Shown here: piece after piece, positions 7,787 through 18,129 of the stretch | Layout of the letters: each line of letters opens with the position of its first letter | Numbering within the stretch: position 1 is the stretch's first letter | Assembly (NCBI GenBank): GCA_017985985.1 | Contig: JAGNWK010000004.1 | Span: forward strand, 2,320-66,319 | Direction of reading: 5' to 3' | DNA from: Oligoflexales bacterium | GTDB taxonomy: Bacteria > Bdellovibrionota_B > Oligoflexia > Oligoflexales > Bog-1112 | Length of the DNA: 64,000 nucleotides | Notes under the pieces: model-generated | What the model was told of the DNA's origin: nothing | Seen by the model: only the letters and a program-made list of their open reading frames with translations | The model's database searches: none | Position numbers and translations under genes: made by a program

Positions 7787-9944
7787 GGGACTTTTCCCCT
7801 TCCGTTGATTTTGTTCGGTCTTCGGAGAGTAAACGCAGAATGGTGAGTGCACATTCTGGAATGCTCGTAGAGGGGGGGAAAATAGCTCTGACCCCCGCTT
7901 GATAGAGGAAGTCCCAATCTTCACGAGGGATCACCCCTCCGAGTACAACCATGACTTCTGAGGCCTGTTCTTTTGCGAGAGCAGACACGAGCTGTGGTGT
8001 CAGGGTTTTGTGACCGGCTGCTAGGCTTGATATACCGATCACATGAACATCGCTTTCAATAGCTTGTTTGACAGCTTCTTCTGGAGTTTGAAACATAGGT
8101 CCAAGGTCTACGTCAAATCCGATATCTGCCAAAGCAGTAGCGATCACTTTAGCTCCTCTATCGTGACCATCTTGTCCGAGTTTTGCGATATAAATCCTAG
8201 GTTGTCTTCCTTCTTTCTTTGCAAAATCTCTCACCCCTTCACACGCTTTTTCAAATTGGGGATCACCCTGCATATGAGCTCCGTAGATACGAGATAGGGA
8301 CGTTTGAGCTGCCTCATATCGACCAAAGACAGAAGCCATGGCTTCTGTGACTTCTCCGATACTGGCTCGCAGTCGGATGGCTTCTATAACAGCAGGGAGA
8401 AGATTTTCATCCTTTTGTGCAGCGACGGAACTGACCTTGGCAAGAGCCTGTGCAACTTTATCGGGATCTCTTTGTTTTCGAATCTGTTCTAGTCTTACGA
8501 CTTGTGCTTCCCGTAGACCTTGGTTATCGATGACTCGGACCGAGAAGGCGAGTCCGGAGTCACCCTGTGATGTGTACTTGTTTACACCGACAAGAACGTC
8601 TTCACCACTGTCTAGACGCGCCTGTTTTTTTGCAGAAGCTTCTTCTACTCTCAGTTTAGGAATCCCCGCAAGTATGGCTTTGGTCATTCCCCCGTGCTCC
8701 TCGACTTCATGCATGAGTTCACGAGTTCTCTGAGCGAGGTCGAGGGTTAAGGATTCCATAAAATAACTGCCACCAAAAGGATCCACAGTGGCCATGATGT
8801 CTGTTTCTTCTTGTAGGATCAGTTGGGTGTGACGGGCAATTCGTGCTGAAGATTCCGTTGGAAGTGCTATGGCTTCATCAAAGGCATTGGTGTGGAGAGA
8901 CTGAGTTCCACCGAGAACAGCGGCCATGGCTTCGATCGTTGTGCGGACGACATTGTTGTAAGGCTCTTTTTCAGTGAGACTGTAACCAGAAGTCTGGCAG
9001 TGTGTACGCAACATGAGAGAGTTTGGGTTCTTTGGTTGAAACGAAGAAATCAGTTCACTCCAGAGTAGGCGAGCAGCTCTCAGTTTCGCGATCTCCATAA
9101 AAAAATTCAGACCTATGCCAAAAAAGAAGGAGAGACGGGGAGCGAAGTCATCGATACTTAAGCCTCGATCCATGGAAGCTCGTACGTATTCGAGTCCATC
9201 ACTCAGGGTGTAGGCTAGCTCAAGAGCAGAGTCCGCACCAGCTTCTTGCAAGTGATAGCCGCTGATGCTAATGCTGTTGTACTTGGGCATGTGCTTAGTG
9301 CAGTACTCAATGATGTCAGCCACAATACGCATAGAAGGTTTGGGAGGGAAAATGTACGTGTTGCGAACCATGTATTCTTTAAGAATGTCGTTTTGAATGG
9401 TTCCCGACAGAAGGTGCTGAGGCACACCCTGTTCTTCGGCTGCTACGATAAAAGCAGCTAAGACAGGTAAGACAGCCCCATTCATCGTCATGGAAACACT
9501 GACTTTCTCGAGTGGTATCCCAGCAAAGAGGATTTTCATATCTTCGACAGAGTCGATCGCTACACCTGCTTTCCCTACGTCTCCTTCTACGCGAGGATGA
9601 TCGGAGTCGTATCCTCTGTGTGTGGCAAGATCGAAGGCTACACTGAGGCCTTTTTGTCCCTCTGCTAGAGCCTTTCTATAAAAGAGATTGGATTCTTCTG
9701 CTGAAGAAAAGCCTGCATACTGTCGTATGGTCCAAGGGCGCCCCGTGTACATCGAGGCTTTGACCCCACGAGTGAAGGGGGCTAGGCCCGGGTAGGATGT
9801 CTGAAAGCCTCGTTTCTCTAGATCTTGTCCGGAATACAGAGCTTGAAAGATGATCCCTTCGGGGCTCTTCTTAGTAAAGTTTGCTTCCCCTTTTAACTCT
9901 TTACTCGCAATTTTTTTCCACTGTTCAAGTGAATGTCGGTCCAC
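7773..9944 (-). CDS. scpA: Methylmalonyl-CoA mutase, single-chain form with a C-terminal B12-binding domain
   Basis: Has the mutase core blocks ([34 protein letters not shown]) and the cobalamin-binding motif GQDGHDRG. I prefer the GTG at 9944, preceded by AAGGAG with an 8-nt spacer. The ORF is open to a TTG at 9977. Confidence 0.9.
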   Translation of the reverse strand: MDRHSLEQWKKIASKELKGEANFTKKSPEGIIFQALYSGQDLEKRGFQTSYPGLAPFTRGVKASMYTGRPWTIRQYAGFSSAEESNLFYRKALAEGQKGLSVAFDLATHRGYDSDHPRVEGDVGKAGVAIDSVEDMKILFAGIPLEKVSVSMTMNGAVLPVLAAFIVAAEEQGVPQHLLSGTIQNDILKEYMVRNTYIFPPKPSMRIVADIIEYCTKHMPKYNSISISGYHLQEAGADSALELAYTLSDGLEYVRASMDRGLSIDDFAPRLSFFFGIGLNFFMEIAKLRAARLLWSELISSFQPKNPNSLMLRTHCQTSGYSLTEKEPYNNVVRTTIEAMAAVLGGTQSLHTNAFDEAIALPTESSARIARHTQLILQEETDIMATVDPFGGSYFMESLTLDLAQRTRELMHEVEEHGGMTKAILAGIPKLRVEEASAKKQARLDSGEDVLVGVNKYTSQGDSGLAFSVRVIDNQGLREAQVVRLEQIRKQRDPDKVAQALAKVSSVAAQKDENLLPAVIEAIRLRASIGEVTEAMASVFGRYEAAQTSLSRIYGAHMQGDPQFEKACEGVRDFAKKEGRQPRIYIAKLGQDGHDRGAKVIATALADIGFDVDLGPMFQTPEEAVKQAIESDVHVIGISSLAAGHKTLTPQLVSALAKEQASEVMVVLGGVIPREDWDFLYQAGVRAIFPPSTSIPECALTILRLLSEDRTKSTEGEKSHAGL

Positions 9945-10059
9945 TCTATATTCTCCTTGGTAAAAGGATTCTATCAATGAGAAGGATACAAAATTCCTTT
10001 CTTGAGGATTATTTTGAAATCTGATTCACTATAGTATATGATCAACTGATCTTACACAT

Positions 10060-10112
10060 GAGATCCCCTGACCTGCAATTTCATTCGGTTAGGTAGATTC
10101 TGCCGTCACGAG
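10060..10112. repeat. Family D repeat, solo left-end copy D3
   Basis: GAGATCCCCTGACCTGCAATTTCATTCGGTTAGGTAGATTCT aligns with 37506..37547. Confidence 0.6.
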
Positions 10113-10129
10113 ATGATTGGTGAAATTTG

Positions 10130-11329
10130 ATGATATATCAGATCATTTTAAAGAAGCTTCCATTTCATCGTTGTGCATTTATTTTGATGTGTATGCTTTT
10201 ACCCCAAAAAGGGGAAGCTTTCTTATTGGATGAGAATAGGCTTTACCGCAGCCCAGTCTTACTTGGGCAAGGCCATGCTGGAGTTGCAGAAGCTGGCTTT
10301 CTCGACACTTTTTTTTATAACCCCGCCATGTCGACGTATCACGTTTCTGAACCTCCACCTTTTGTTCCTGATGTGGTTTGTACGGAAATCAAGAAGAATG
10401 GAAAAGTTAAAAAAAATAACACATGTCCACTTAAAACTAAGTTAGAAAACCCTGTGAGTAACGACTATGTTCTTGCTCTCAGTCTCCCTTTTCTTGAAAT
10501 TTCTAAGTCGACTTTTGAATTGATTAAACTCAAAAAAAACCAAGATCATCTTAATTTTATAAGAAAAAATGTTGGAGTTCCCCTTTTTCTTCATGAAGGA
10601 GCTCTGCTTTTAATGGACAGTGCTTTTGGGAAGATTGCTCTTTTACAAGATGCACAAGTGTCTGCTCTAACTTCGAACGATCTTTTGAATGAGGGAATAG
10701 AAACAGCACAAATTGATTTTGTGAAGACGCTGGCTCTGTCTTTGAATAAATTTATTAAAGATGGTGATTTTTCATATGGCTTTAATTTTCACTTCATCAG
10801 CAGAGGGAGATTCTCCTTCAAAGAGCCCATTACAGATGTGGCGGCTTTGAAAAAGGCGAAGGATGTATTCAAAACAAAAAATGGCTATGGTCTTGGACTC
10901 GATTTGGGGCTTCGATATGATTTTTCAAAAACAAGATTTTCACTTTCAGGAACAAATATTGGTGATGTGAAGATCAAGAAAGCTCTGCACAAGGGGGAGA
11001 ACCTGAATACGATGAAGCAGTCCATCGATATAGGAGTCTCGCAACACTTTGACCTGATGCTGAAGAATGTTGTATCTGTCGATTTTAGAGATCTTATGAA
11101 TAGACAGAAAAATAGTATGTTCGTCAAAAGTCACTTTGGGCATAAAGTTTACCTGTTCACTCCCTTATACCTAAATTGGGGTTTAAATCAGGGTTATTTC
11201 TCCTATGGAGCAGGGTATGTCGGGAAGCGTATGTCATTAGTTCTAGCGCATTATTTTGAAGAAATAGGGAAGACGGCTGGATTTAGACAGGACGAAAGGT
11301 ATGTTTTCAATGTTGAAATCAAATGGTAG
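10130..11329 (+). CDS. Putative outer-membrane beta-barrel protein (FadL/TodX- or PorV-like N-terminal motif)
   Basis: Has an N-terminal signal-like segment and GHAGVAEAGFLDTFFYNPAM (compare G.AG.A...DAS..FYNPA in FadL-type barrels). It shows an alternating beta pattern and a C-terminal aromatic residue (..NVEIKW). Confidence 0.5.
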   Translation: MIYQIILKKLPFHRCAFILMCMLLPQKGEAFLLDENRLYRSPVLLGQGHAGVAEAGFLDTFFYNPAMSTYHVSEPPPFVPDVVCTEIKKNGKVKKNNTCPLKTKLENPVSNDYVLALSLPFLEISKSTFELIKLKKNQDHLNFIRKNVGVPLFLHEGALLLMDSAFGKIALLQDAQVSALTSNDLLNEGIETAQIDFVKTLALSLNKFIKDGDFSYGFNFHFISRGRFSFKEPITDVAALKKAKDVFKTKNGYGLGLDLGLRYDFSKTRFSLSGTNIGDVKIKKALHKGENLNTMKQSIDIGVSQHFDLMLKNVVSVDFRDLMNRQKNSMFVKSHFGHKVYLFTPLYLNWGLNQGYFSYGAGYVGKRMSLVLAHYFEEIGKTAGFRQDERYVFNVEIKW

Positions 11330-13106
11330 TCCACATGCTTGGACAATTTTGTTGTCTATTTTGGTTTTTTGTTGGAGCTGTAGTACTGTAAATCTCCTTA
11401 AGAAGAAAGATAAATCTGATCCGCTCCTTCAGTCCTCTCGTGAACTCGAGCGAGGAAAATATGATCTCGCTTATTCTTATTTTTTAACTGCACTTCCATC
11501 GGAAGCAAGAGACATACTCCAGCATTCAGAAATAACACCAGAATCGGTAAATAGGATGGCTAAGTCTTTGCCTGAAGGACCTAGGAGAAGCGAAATTCTT
11601 GGCCTATTCTCTGTGCTCTTAGCCAGGAGAAATGGTGTGAATATTTTGGAGATTGCTGAAAAAATATCCAAAATAGGAGGAGCCAGTCCTCAGGACATCA
11701 TAAAAGAAATCTCATCTTCTTTAACATCAGATCATGCTTTTAGAGAGATTTTAGCTGCGCTAGAAGCCTCGAACCTTATTAAATCTGGTTCTGCTGCAAA
11801 CAGAGTCAATGCTTCTATTTTATATGCTGCACTAGTTGGGGCGAAGCTTAAGTCGGTTATGGATAGCGGAAAACCTTTGACAGTAGATTCTGTAAACTCA
11901 CTATCAAATGATGATGCGACAAGTATTTATACGGCACTGCGAGGAGCGATCAGTTCACAGGAAGAGGCTAGCCAAATATCAGATGATCCCAAACTAAAAA
12001 ATTTAACAGGTAAACTCCAGGAACTAGAATCAAAGATAATGAATGCCGCTGGCCAGGATATGGGCGAAAAAACCAAAAACTTCCTTAAATCGACTATAGA
12101 GGCTCTTGGACAAGTCGCTTTGCGAGCTCCTCCATCGACGGAAGTGAAGACTCCGGCTGTGGCAGCACCTTTGGGTATGGCTTTAAAAATAATCGATGGC
12201 AAAAGAGTTGTAAGGTCAGCTGTTACTTTTGGTGACAGCCTAGCTGTTGGTATTGGCAGTGATTTTAGTAGGGGAGAAACCTTAAGTTTTGAAAGTATAG
12301 CGAACTCTCCAGGGATATCCAAAGTTATTCTCAATTTGAATCTCCCTGGATACAACGGATATCATGGTGATGTGGATGAAGCTGTGATAGAAAAGTATGA
12401 TTCAGCCTATTCAGCAAGCCCTCCCACTCTAGAACTGTGCCGAAGATCTTTTCATGCAGATAAATGCTTTTCCCATCCCTCAAGGTTGAAAGCTAAATAT
12501 TTCAAAAATTATGCTCAGAGCGGTAGTCAAATATCAGATATAGAAAGTGTGCAAATTCCAAAGTTTATAAAAGATAACATCTTTGTAGACTATGTTGCTG
12601 TGAATATCGGAGGCAATGATTTTTGCTCGCAAGGATTTGATTTAGAGAAATTTAGGACGTCCTACACCGCTGTTTTATCTAGCCTGTATAACTATCGAAG
12701 TGCTCCCATCATTCTTGTCGCAGGTATTCCCAATGTCGTGCAGTCGTTTACGACAATTTTACCTAGTGAGCCTGCCTTTCAGCTTAAGTCAGAAATGATT
12801 GGCAACTATGACTTCACGTGTGGAGATATCCGTTATACTTTTTGTCGGAGAGCTATTGACAATAGGACAAATATGGCATCACAAAGTTCTCTCATTGATG
12901 CCATGACGGAGCTTGTCTCGTCTGTCATCAAACATATCGACCCCACGGGTAAAAGAATTTTCTTCGCCCAAGATCTGACAAAGATGGCTATTGATAGCAG
13001 TATGGTTTCGATAGATTGTTTTCATACGAATACAAAAGGATATAGGATGATCTCTGATGTAACATTCGCTGCAGTTGAGGGGGCTCTTGCTCCTAATGAT
13101 GAATAA
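11301..13106 (+). CDS. Lipoprotein with a C-terminal SGNH/GDSL hydrolase domain
   Basis: Signal or lipobox-like segment LVFCWSCS. SGNH blocks are FGDSLAVG (block I), NIGGNDF (block III) and DCFHTN (block V, DxxH). It overlaps the upstream barrel gene. An alternative ATG lies at 11310. Confidence 0.7.
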   Translation: MFSMLKSNGSPHAWTILLSILVFCWSCSTVNLLKKKDKSDPLLQSSRELERGKYDLAYSYFLTALPSEARDILQHSEITPESVNRMAKSLPEGPRRSEILGLFSVLLARRNGVNILEIAEKISKIGGASPQDIIKEISSSLTSDHAFREILAALEASNLIKSGSAANRVNASILYAALVGAKLKSVMDSGKPLTVDSVNSLSNDDATSIYTALRGAISSQEEASQISDDPKLKNLTGKLQELESKIMNAAGQDMGEKTKNFLKSTIEALGQVALRAPPSTEVKTPAVAAPLGMALKIIDGKRVVRSAVTFGDSLAVGIGSDFSRGETLSFESIANSPGISKVILNLNLPGYNGYHGDVDEAVIEKYDSAYSASPPTLELCRRSFHADKCFSHPSRLKAKYFKNYAQSGSQISDIESVQIPKFIKDNIFVDYVAVNIGGNDFCSQGFDLEKFRTSYTAVLSSLYNYRSAPIILVAGIPNVVQSFTTILPSEPAFQLKSEMIGNYDFTCGDIRYTFCRRAIDNRTNMASQSSLIDAMTELVSSVIKHIDPTGKRIFFAQDLTKMAIDSSMVSIDCFHTNTKGYRMISDVTFAAVEGALAPNDE

Positions 13107-13163
13107 AAGTAAAGGACTTTTTGATTTCCCTTGAAAACTTTAGAACCAGAAAAGTGAGCTCTT

Positions 13164-14942
13164 ATGAACTATTTTATGCAGTTTCTATGTCTAATTGGTT
13201 TTCTTAGCCCCGTTTTATTGGCGAATCCTATGACAAAATCTCTTCATGATGAAAAGCTGGGTAAAGTTATTGCGAACTATACGCTTTCCTCAAAAAAATT
13301 AGATGCGTATAGAGCTACTCGCTATAATCTTGAAGAGGATTTCGATAAATTTGGTGACTACGCTTCCCCAGCCTACTTTGATAGAGCGAAGCAGATTCTT
13401 TTAACAGCAGCAGCTGATTTAAAAGCTGTATCTTCTGATGGGTTGTCGCCTGACGAGACTTTGGATTACCTTCTTTTTAAGAAAACGGTAGAGATGGAGC
13501 TCAAGTCTTTTGATTTCCCCTCCCGTTATCTCGAATTTAATCAGATGGACAATCGACTCATCTCTTATCTGGATGAGACTAGTCAGAGTTTAACATCTTT
13601 CCCCTTTGATACGGTTAAGCATTACGATGCGTTTGTGAAACGATCGGAAGGATTTTTACCTTATGTTGATCATCAAATAGCACTGTTCGATGAGGGTGTA
13701 AAAAAGAAAGTCGTTCTGAGCTGTATAGTGGCAGAGAAAACGATCAATACGTATGGGGAAGGCCTGATCTCCGACGTAGAGAAGCACCCCTTCTGGCGTC
13801 CCATCGGCTTTATGCCAGGTTCATTTTCTGCCAAAGACCAGTCCCGCTTGAAAGATGACTTTCGTAAGATGATCACGGAGAGGGTTCTACCTGGTTATAA
13901 AAAATTTGATAGTTATTTTCGGAGTACCTACCTTCCACAATGCCGTAAAAATTTTGGGATGGCCGATCTGCCAGATGCAAAAGCTTGGTACCTGCACAAT
14001 ATAGAAAGGAGCACGTCTCTGGTCCTGCAACCAGAAGAACTGCATCAGCTGGGGCTGAAAGAAGTGGAAACGATTGTGGCTAAAATGGACACCATCAAGA
14101 CTAAATTAGGTTTTAAAGGGACATACCAGGAATTCACTCACTCCCTTTTGGAAAATCAAAAATATTTTTTTAAAAATTCTGCAGATATGTTTGCGGCCTT
14201 TACCAAGACTAAAGAAATTATCCATGAAAAAATTAAAGACTATTTTGATCTTGTCCCAAAAAGTGAGGTAAGACTTGTCGAAACGAGCAACCCTGAAGAT
14301 GCTGCTGGACGATATTACGAGCCGACAGACTTGCAGCCTTATGGCCGTTTTGTCGTGAATACAAAAAATTTGCGAGCTATTCCTAGCTATGGCATCAATT
14401 CGCTGATGATGCATGAGACTATCCCTGGTCACCATTTTCAATTGGCTCTCGCTTATGAAATGAAGGATAAATTATCCGAATTTCGTCGTTTATTTTTTGA
14501 GTCGAATGCTTTTGTTGAGGGTTGGGCCCTTTACTCAGAATTCTTGGGTAATGAAATGGGTATATTCAAAGACCCCCTGCAAGAAATTGGTCACTTGAAT
14601 GATGAACTCTTGAGGGCCGTAAGACTGGTCGTCGACACTGGGATTCATCACTACAATTGGTCTCAAAAACAGACTATTGATTATATGAAAAAGTATCTAG
14701 CAAGTGATATCAACGACATTACAAATGAAGCGAACCGCTATTCTATTTGGCCAGGTCAAGCCCTAGGCTATAAGGTCGGTCAGCTTAAAATCATGGAACT
14801 TAGAAAATGGGCTGAAAAGGAATTAGGTGAAAAATTTCAGATCAAAGACTTCCATCGTGTTGTACTAGGCGAAGGAGTCCTTTCTCTCGAGGTCCTCGAC
14901 CGACAAGTTAAGGCCTGGGTGAAGAATACAAAGTCTGTTTAA
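13164..14942 (+). CDS. DUF885-family protein (secreted, metallopeptidase-like HExxH-type site)
   Basis: 592 aa with an N-terminal signal peptide. It has MHETIPGHHFQ and EGWALYSE, blocks I associate with DUF885. Confidence 0.7.
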   Translation: MNYFMQFLCLIGFLSPVLLANPMTKSLHDEKLGKVIANYTLSSKKLDAYRATRYNLEEDFDKFGDYASPAYFDRAKQILLTAAADLKAVSSDGLSPDETLDYLLFKKTVEMELKSFDFPSRYLEFNQMDNRLISYLDETSQSLTSFPFDTVKHYDAFVKRSEGFLPYVDHQIALFDEGVKKKVVLSCIVAEKTINTYGEGLISDVEKHPFWRPIGFMPGSFSAKDQSRLKDDFRKMITERVLPGYKKFDSYFRSTYLPQCRKNFGMADLPDAKAWYLHNIERSTSLVLQPEELHQLGLKEVETIVAKMDTIKTKLGFKGTYQEFTHSLLENQKYFFKNSADMFAAFTKTKEIIHEKIKDYFDLVPKSEVRLVETSNPEDAAGRYYEPTDLQPYGRFVVNTKNLRAIPSYGINSLMMHETIPGHHFQLALAYEMKDKLSEFRRLFFESNAFVEGWALYSEFLGNEMGIFKDPLQEIGHLNDELLRAVRLVVDTGIHHYNWSQKQTIDYMKKYLASDINDITNEANRYSIWPGQALGYKVGQLKIMELRKWAEKELGEKFQIKDFHRVVLGEGVLSLEVLDRQVKAWVKNTKSV

Positions 14943-14951
14943 GAACGCTGT

Positions 14952-15344
14952 CTACTCGTAGCCAAGTTGAATACTTGTCTTACTTTTGCTGAAAGCCGCC
15001 TCGAAGCAGCTTTCGTCTGAATCATGATCAGTTTTGATGCCGTCGATGGTGCATTGATATGTTTTGAAGGAATAGGAGCAGCCATCCATGGTCGTAAATT
15101 CCTCACGAGAACTCTTCCAAGTGTATTCTGTCCCATTTGGGAAAGTGGCAGAGCTCTCGCTTATCGGGTTGCTATATGTTTTATACCCTTGTGAACGGTC
15201 GGGGCTTATCGGGCAATCTTTTCTAAGGAGTGTAGTTTCGGTTCTCCTCCTCTTCTTATGATTTGTCGAATCCCGGCGGCCACAAGCTGCAGTGAGTGGG
15301 GATACAAGAACCAGCACCTGAATGATTCGTAAAAAAACCTTCAT
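14952..15344 (-). CDS. Small Cys-containing lipoprotein, hypothetical
   Basis: Signal peptide plus lipobox (LVSPLTAAC). 130 aa, convergent with the DUF885 gene. Confidence 0.5.
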   Translation of the reverse strand: MKVFLRIIQVLVLVSPLTAACGRRDSTNHKKRRRTETTLLRKDCPISPDRSQGYKTYSNPISESSATFPNGTEYTWKSSREEFTTMDGCSYSFKTYQCTIDGIKTDHDSDESCFEAAFSKSKTSIQLGYE

Positions 15345-15761
15345 ACTTCCTTTCAGCTTTTCGGCAAATTGTCATACGTGGCGCGCCACGCCCCCCAACA
15401 GAGGAAGTGTCTTCTGTTATCTCATATTTAGTGCAATGTCTATTAAACTAGCATCTCTAGATGTCTGAAGTGCTTATTTTATGGCCTTTATGTTTGCTGT
15501 TTGGGACAAGGCTGCGGAAAAATATGAATGAATAAAAATGGTTACCCCTGCCCGTCTTCGAGCTTATTCAAGCATTTCGAATTCGAATTAGATGTGCTAT
15601 CCACGAGTTTTACAGATAGGATTCATGTAACTCTTCATCAAAACGTATGTGCTTGTTGTTGTCGTGCCCACTTCTCGCACATAAATGGGCGTGGTTCGCT
15701 TCTTGGCGTTGGGTCATTAACGTGTTATGGAGAACCTACATTCAAAATGGAGTAACGAGCC

Positions 15762-16970
15762 GTGAATATTGAAAAAGCAGCTTCATCGCGTTTGCCAGGG
15801 TTTTACTCCCTGCCCATGGGTGAACGAACTAAGATCGCTGCCAAATTTTCAAAATTAGAAAACTCAGAACAAGAGACTCTGGGCGAGTGCGGAGCCCTCT
15901 CGAAAGAGTTGATCGATACCTTTATCGAAAACGGCGTAGGTTCTTTCAGTCTCCCCCTTGGTATTGCCACAAACTTTCTGATCGATGGTCGAGATAGACT
16001 GATTCCCATGGCTGTAGAAGAGAGCAGTGTGATTGCGGCTGCGAGTCATGGCGCCAAGTTGGCTCGCTATGGGGGAGGCTTTAAAACGCGGAGTTCTGAC
16101 CCCATCATGACCGGTCAAATACAAGTCTATCTTGATAAAAACGTAGATTATGATGCTATCTTGACAGCGAAAAAAGAGACTCTCCTGACCTACGCTAATC
16201 GTGGACAAAATCGGCTCTTAGCGCGAGGTGGTGGGGCCAAGGATCTCACTTGGCACTACATTGAAGAGATCGAAAGTCTTGTCCTCCATCTCCACATCCA
16301 TACGGCTGATGCTATGGGGGCGAATATCACCAACACGATGTGTGAAAAGCTTGCAAAGCTGCTCCCAGACCTGCTTCCGAACTGTGATATAGGGCTTCGG
16401 ATTCTGACGAATCTCACGGATAGGCGCATGGCCTGTGCTGAGTGCACGATCCCCCCCGAAGCTTTTTCTGCGAGGAGAGAGGAGGGGCTCTATGTGATAG
16501 AGAGGATCACCAAGGCCTGGGCCTTTGCCTGGCATGATCCCTATCGAGCTGCTACCCATAATAAGGGGGTCATGAATGGGATCGACCCCGTTGTGATTGC
16601 GACAGGGAACGATTGGCGAGCTGTCGAGGCTGGAGCACATGCCTACTGTTGTCGGGAAGGTGTTTATAGGCCTATGACGACTTGGAAGACAAATGCCGAG
16701 GGTCACCTTCATGGGAAGATTGAACTGCCCATGGCCGTTGGTACGGTTGGTGGCGTTACAAAACTACATCCTACGGCCCAGGTCGCTCTCAAATTGCTGG
16801 GCAATCCCAATGCCCAGGAGCTAGCGGGTATTCTTTGTTCAATCGGTCTTGCGCAGAATCTCTCTGCCCTACGCGCTCTAGCGACGGAAGGTATCCAAGT
16901 TGGTCATATGAACTTGCATCAGAAGAATCTCGACATCCTCCAACAGATGGAGGCAGCTCACATTGCCTAG
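15762..16970 (+). CDS. mvaA: Hydroxymethylglutaryl-CoA reductase, class II
   Basis: Has ENGVGSFSLPLGIA, PMAVEESSVIAAASHGAK, DAMGANI and ATGNDWRAVEAGAHAY. The GTG start has GGAG 9 nt upstream. Confidence 0.9.
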   Translation: MNIEKAASSRLPGFYSLPMGERTKIAAKFSKLENSEQETLGECGALSKELIDTFIENGVGSFSLPLGIATNFLIDGRDRLIPMAVEESSVIAAASHGAKLARYGGGFKTRSSDPIMTGQIQVYLDKNVDYDAILTAKKETLLTYANRGQNRLLARGGGAKDLTWHYIEEIESLVLHLHIHTADAMGANITNTMCEKLAKLLPDLLPNCDIGLRILTNLTDRRMACAECTIPPEAFSARREEGLYVIERITKAWAFAWHDPYRAATHNKGVMNGIDPVVIATGNDWRAVEAGAHAYCCREGVYRPMTTWKTNAEGHLHGKIELPMAVGTVGGVTKLHPTAQVALKLLGNPNAQELAGILCSIGLAQNLSALRALATEGIQVGHMNLHQKNLDILQQMEAAHIA

Positions 16971-18129
16971 TAGAACAAAAAAGTCAACCCCCTCTAATGT
17001 GCTTGCCCGCTCCTTTGCCTGTGCCAAGGTGATCATTGCTGGTGAACATGCGGTTGTTTACGGAGCTCCAGCTATCGCTGCTCCTGTTTTTTCTATGGAG
17101 ATCCAACTTACTTTTACACGACTGGAAAGACTGACATCTCTCCGTTTGCCAGGGGCTCGACCGACTCTCCTCGGTGGAAAAGAGGACACGGACGAGGAGG
17201 AGGTCAGGGATCAGGTAGATAGGGTTGCTCAGTGGTCGCCGGAGACGATTCAAGAGCTGAAAGAAGAGGCCTACCAAGTTCTCAGAAAATTTATTCTCGA
17301 GAAAAATGATCGGGAGATGAGACCGTGGAAGGAGGTGGAATCTCTTTTATTCCACCTCAGTGGAACGTCTAATCTCCTTCCTGGTGCTGGACTGGGGGCT
17401 TCAGCCTCCCTCAGTGTGAGTTTGATTCGGGGGCTCAGCTCTGTATTTGGCTACGTCCTCACAGCAGATGAAATAGCCCAGCTTGCTAACCAATTGGAAC
17501 GTCGCTTTCACGGTAACCCTTCCGGACTTGATGCAGCTGTTATCAGCCAGCGGCAGACGATTTTTTTTCAAAAAGGATTTGGTCCGACACCATTACAAGT
17601 AAGCCCTCTCCTCCATGAAAATCTAATTTTGTCTGAATGGCCTTTTGCGCTCATTGATACAGGGACAAGATCCTCTACTCTGCAGATGGTCGAAAAAGCT
17701 GCCCCTTATTTTGCTCCGAAGGGAGAGGTCGACCAAGGCTTGCTGCGTGCTTTTAGGACAGCCGTCGAGGCTGTCCGAATGGGTTTAGAGTCTGGGCAAG
17801 CTCAGTTCGTTAAGGATGGTATGGAAAGCTGTTCTCAGCTTCTTGCACATGTTGGAGTGGTTTCCCCCCAGCTTCATGAAAGTCTGGCAGAGGCACAAGA
17901 TTGTGGGACAGTTGCCTGTAAACCAACCGGAGCCGGTGGGGGAGGCTGTCTTCTCGCTCTCCTTCCTCCAACGAAAGCAGAGCTTTGTCTTTCCAGGTTG
18001 CGATCAAAGTTTGGTCGTGACCGAGTTTATACGATGAATTTACCAAGCACTAAGGGTGCAAATTGTCAGTTCGTTCCCAACCCTCATTTTACACAGAACA
18101 GGGAGCAAGAATCCTATGCCATCTTTTGA
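16963..18129 (+). CDS. mvk: Mevalonate kinase (GHMP kinase)
   Basis: Has KVIIAGEHAVVYG, the GHMP motif PGAGLGASASLS, and KPTGAGGGGC. The TTG start at 16963 has GGAGG 9 nt upstream and overlaps the mvaA stop. An alternative GTG lies at 16999. Confidence 0.85.
   Translation: MPSRTKKSTPSNVLARSFACAKVIIAGEHAVVYGAPAIAAPVFSMEIQLTFTRLERLTSLRLPGARPTLLGGKEDTDEEEVRDQVDRVAQWSPETIQELKEEAYQVLRKFILEKNDREMRPWKEVESLLFHLSGTSNLLPGAGLGASASLSVSLIRGLSSVFGYVLTADEIAQLANQLERRFHGNPSGLDAAVISQRQTIFFQKGFGPTPLQVSPLLHENLILSEWPFALIDTGTRSSTLQMVEKAAPYFAPKGEVDQGLLRAFRTAVEAVRMGLESGQAQFVKDGMESCSQLLAHVGVVSPQLHESLAEAQDCGTVACKPTGAGGGGCLLALLPPTKAELCLSRLRSKFGRDRVYTMNLPSTKGANCQFVPNPHFTQNREQESYAIF

Noticed and set aside
9978-10126. 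A possible cobalamin riboswitch upstream of the B12-dependent mutase
   Set aside because: The region is short, A+T-rich and partly occupied by a family D repeat fragment. I saw no B12-box-like conserved core.
15528-15755. 75-aa ORF in the leader upstream of mvaA (contains CACCCRAH)
   Set aside because: It has no Shine-Dalgarno sequence, an odd composition and no recognisable family. The region is more safely treated as an untranslated leader or promoter region.
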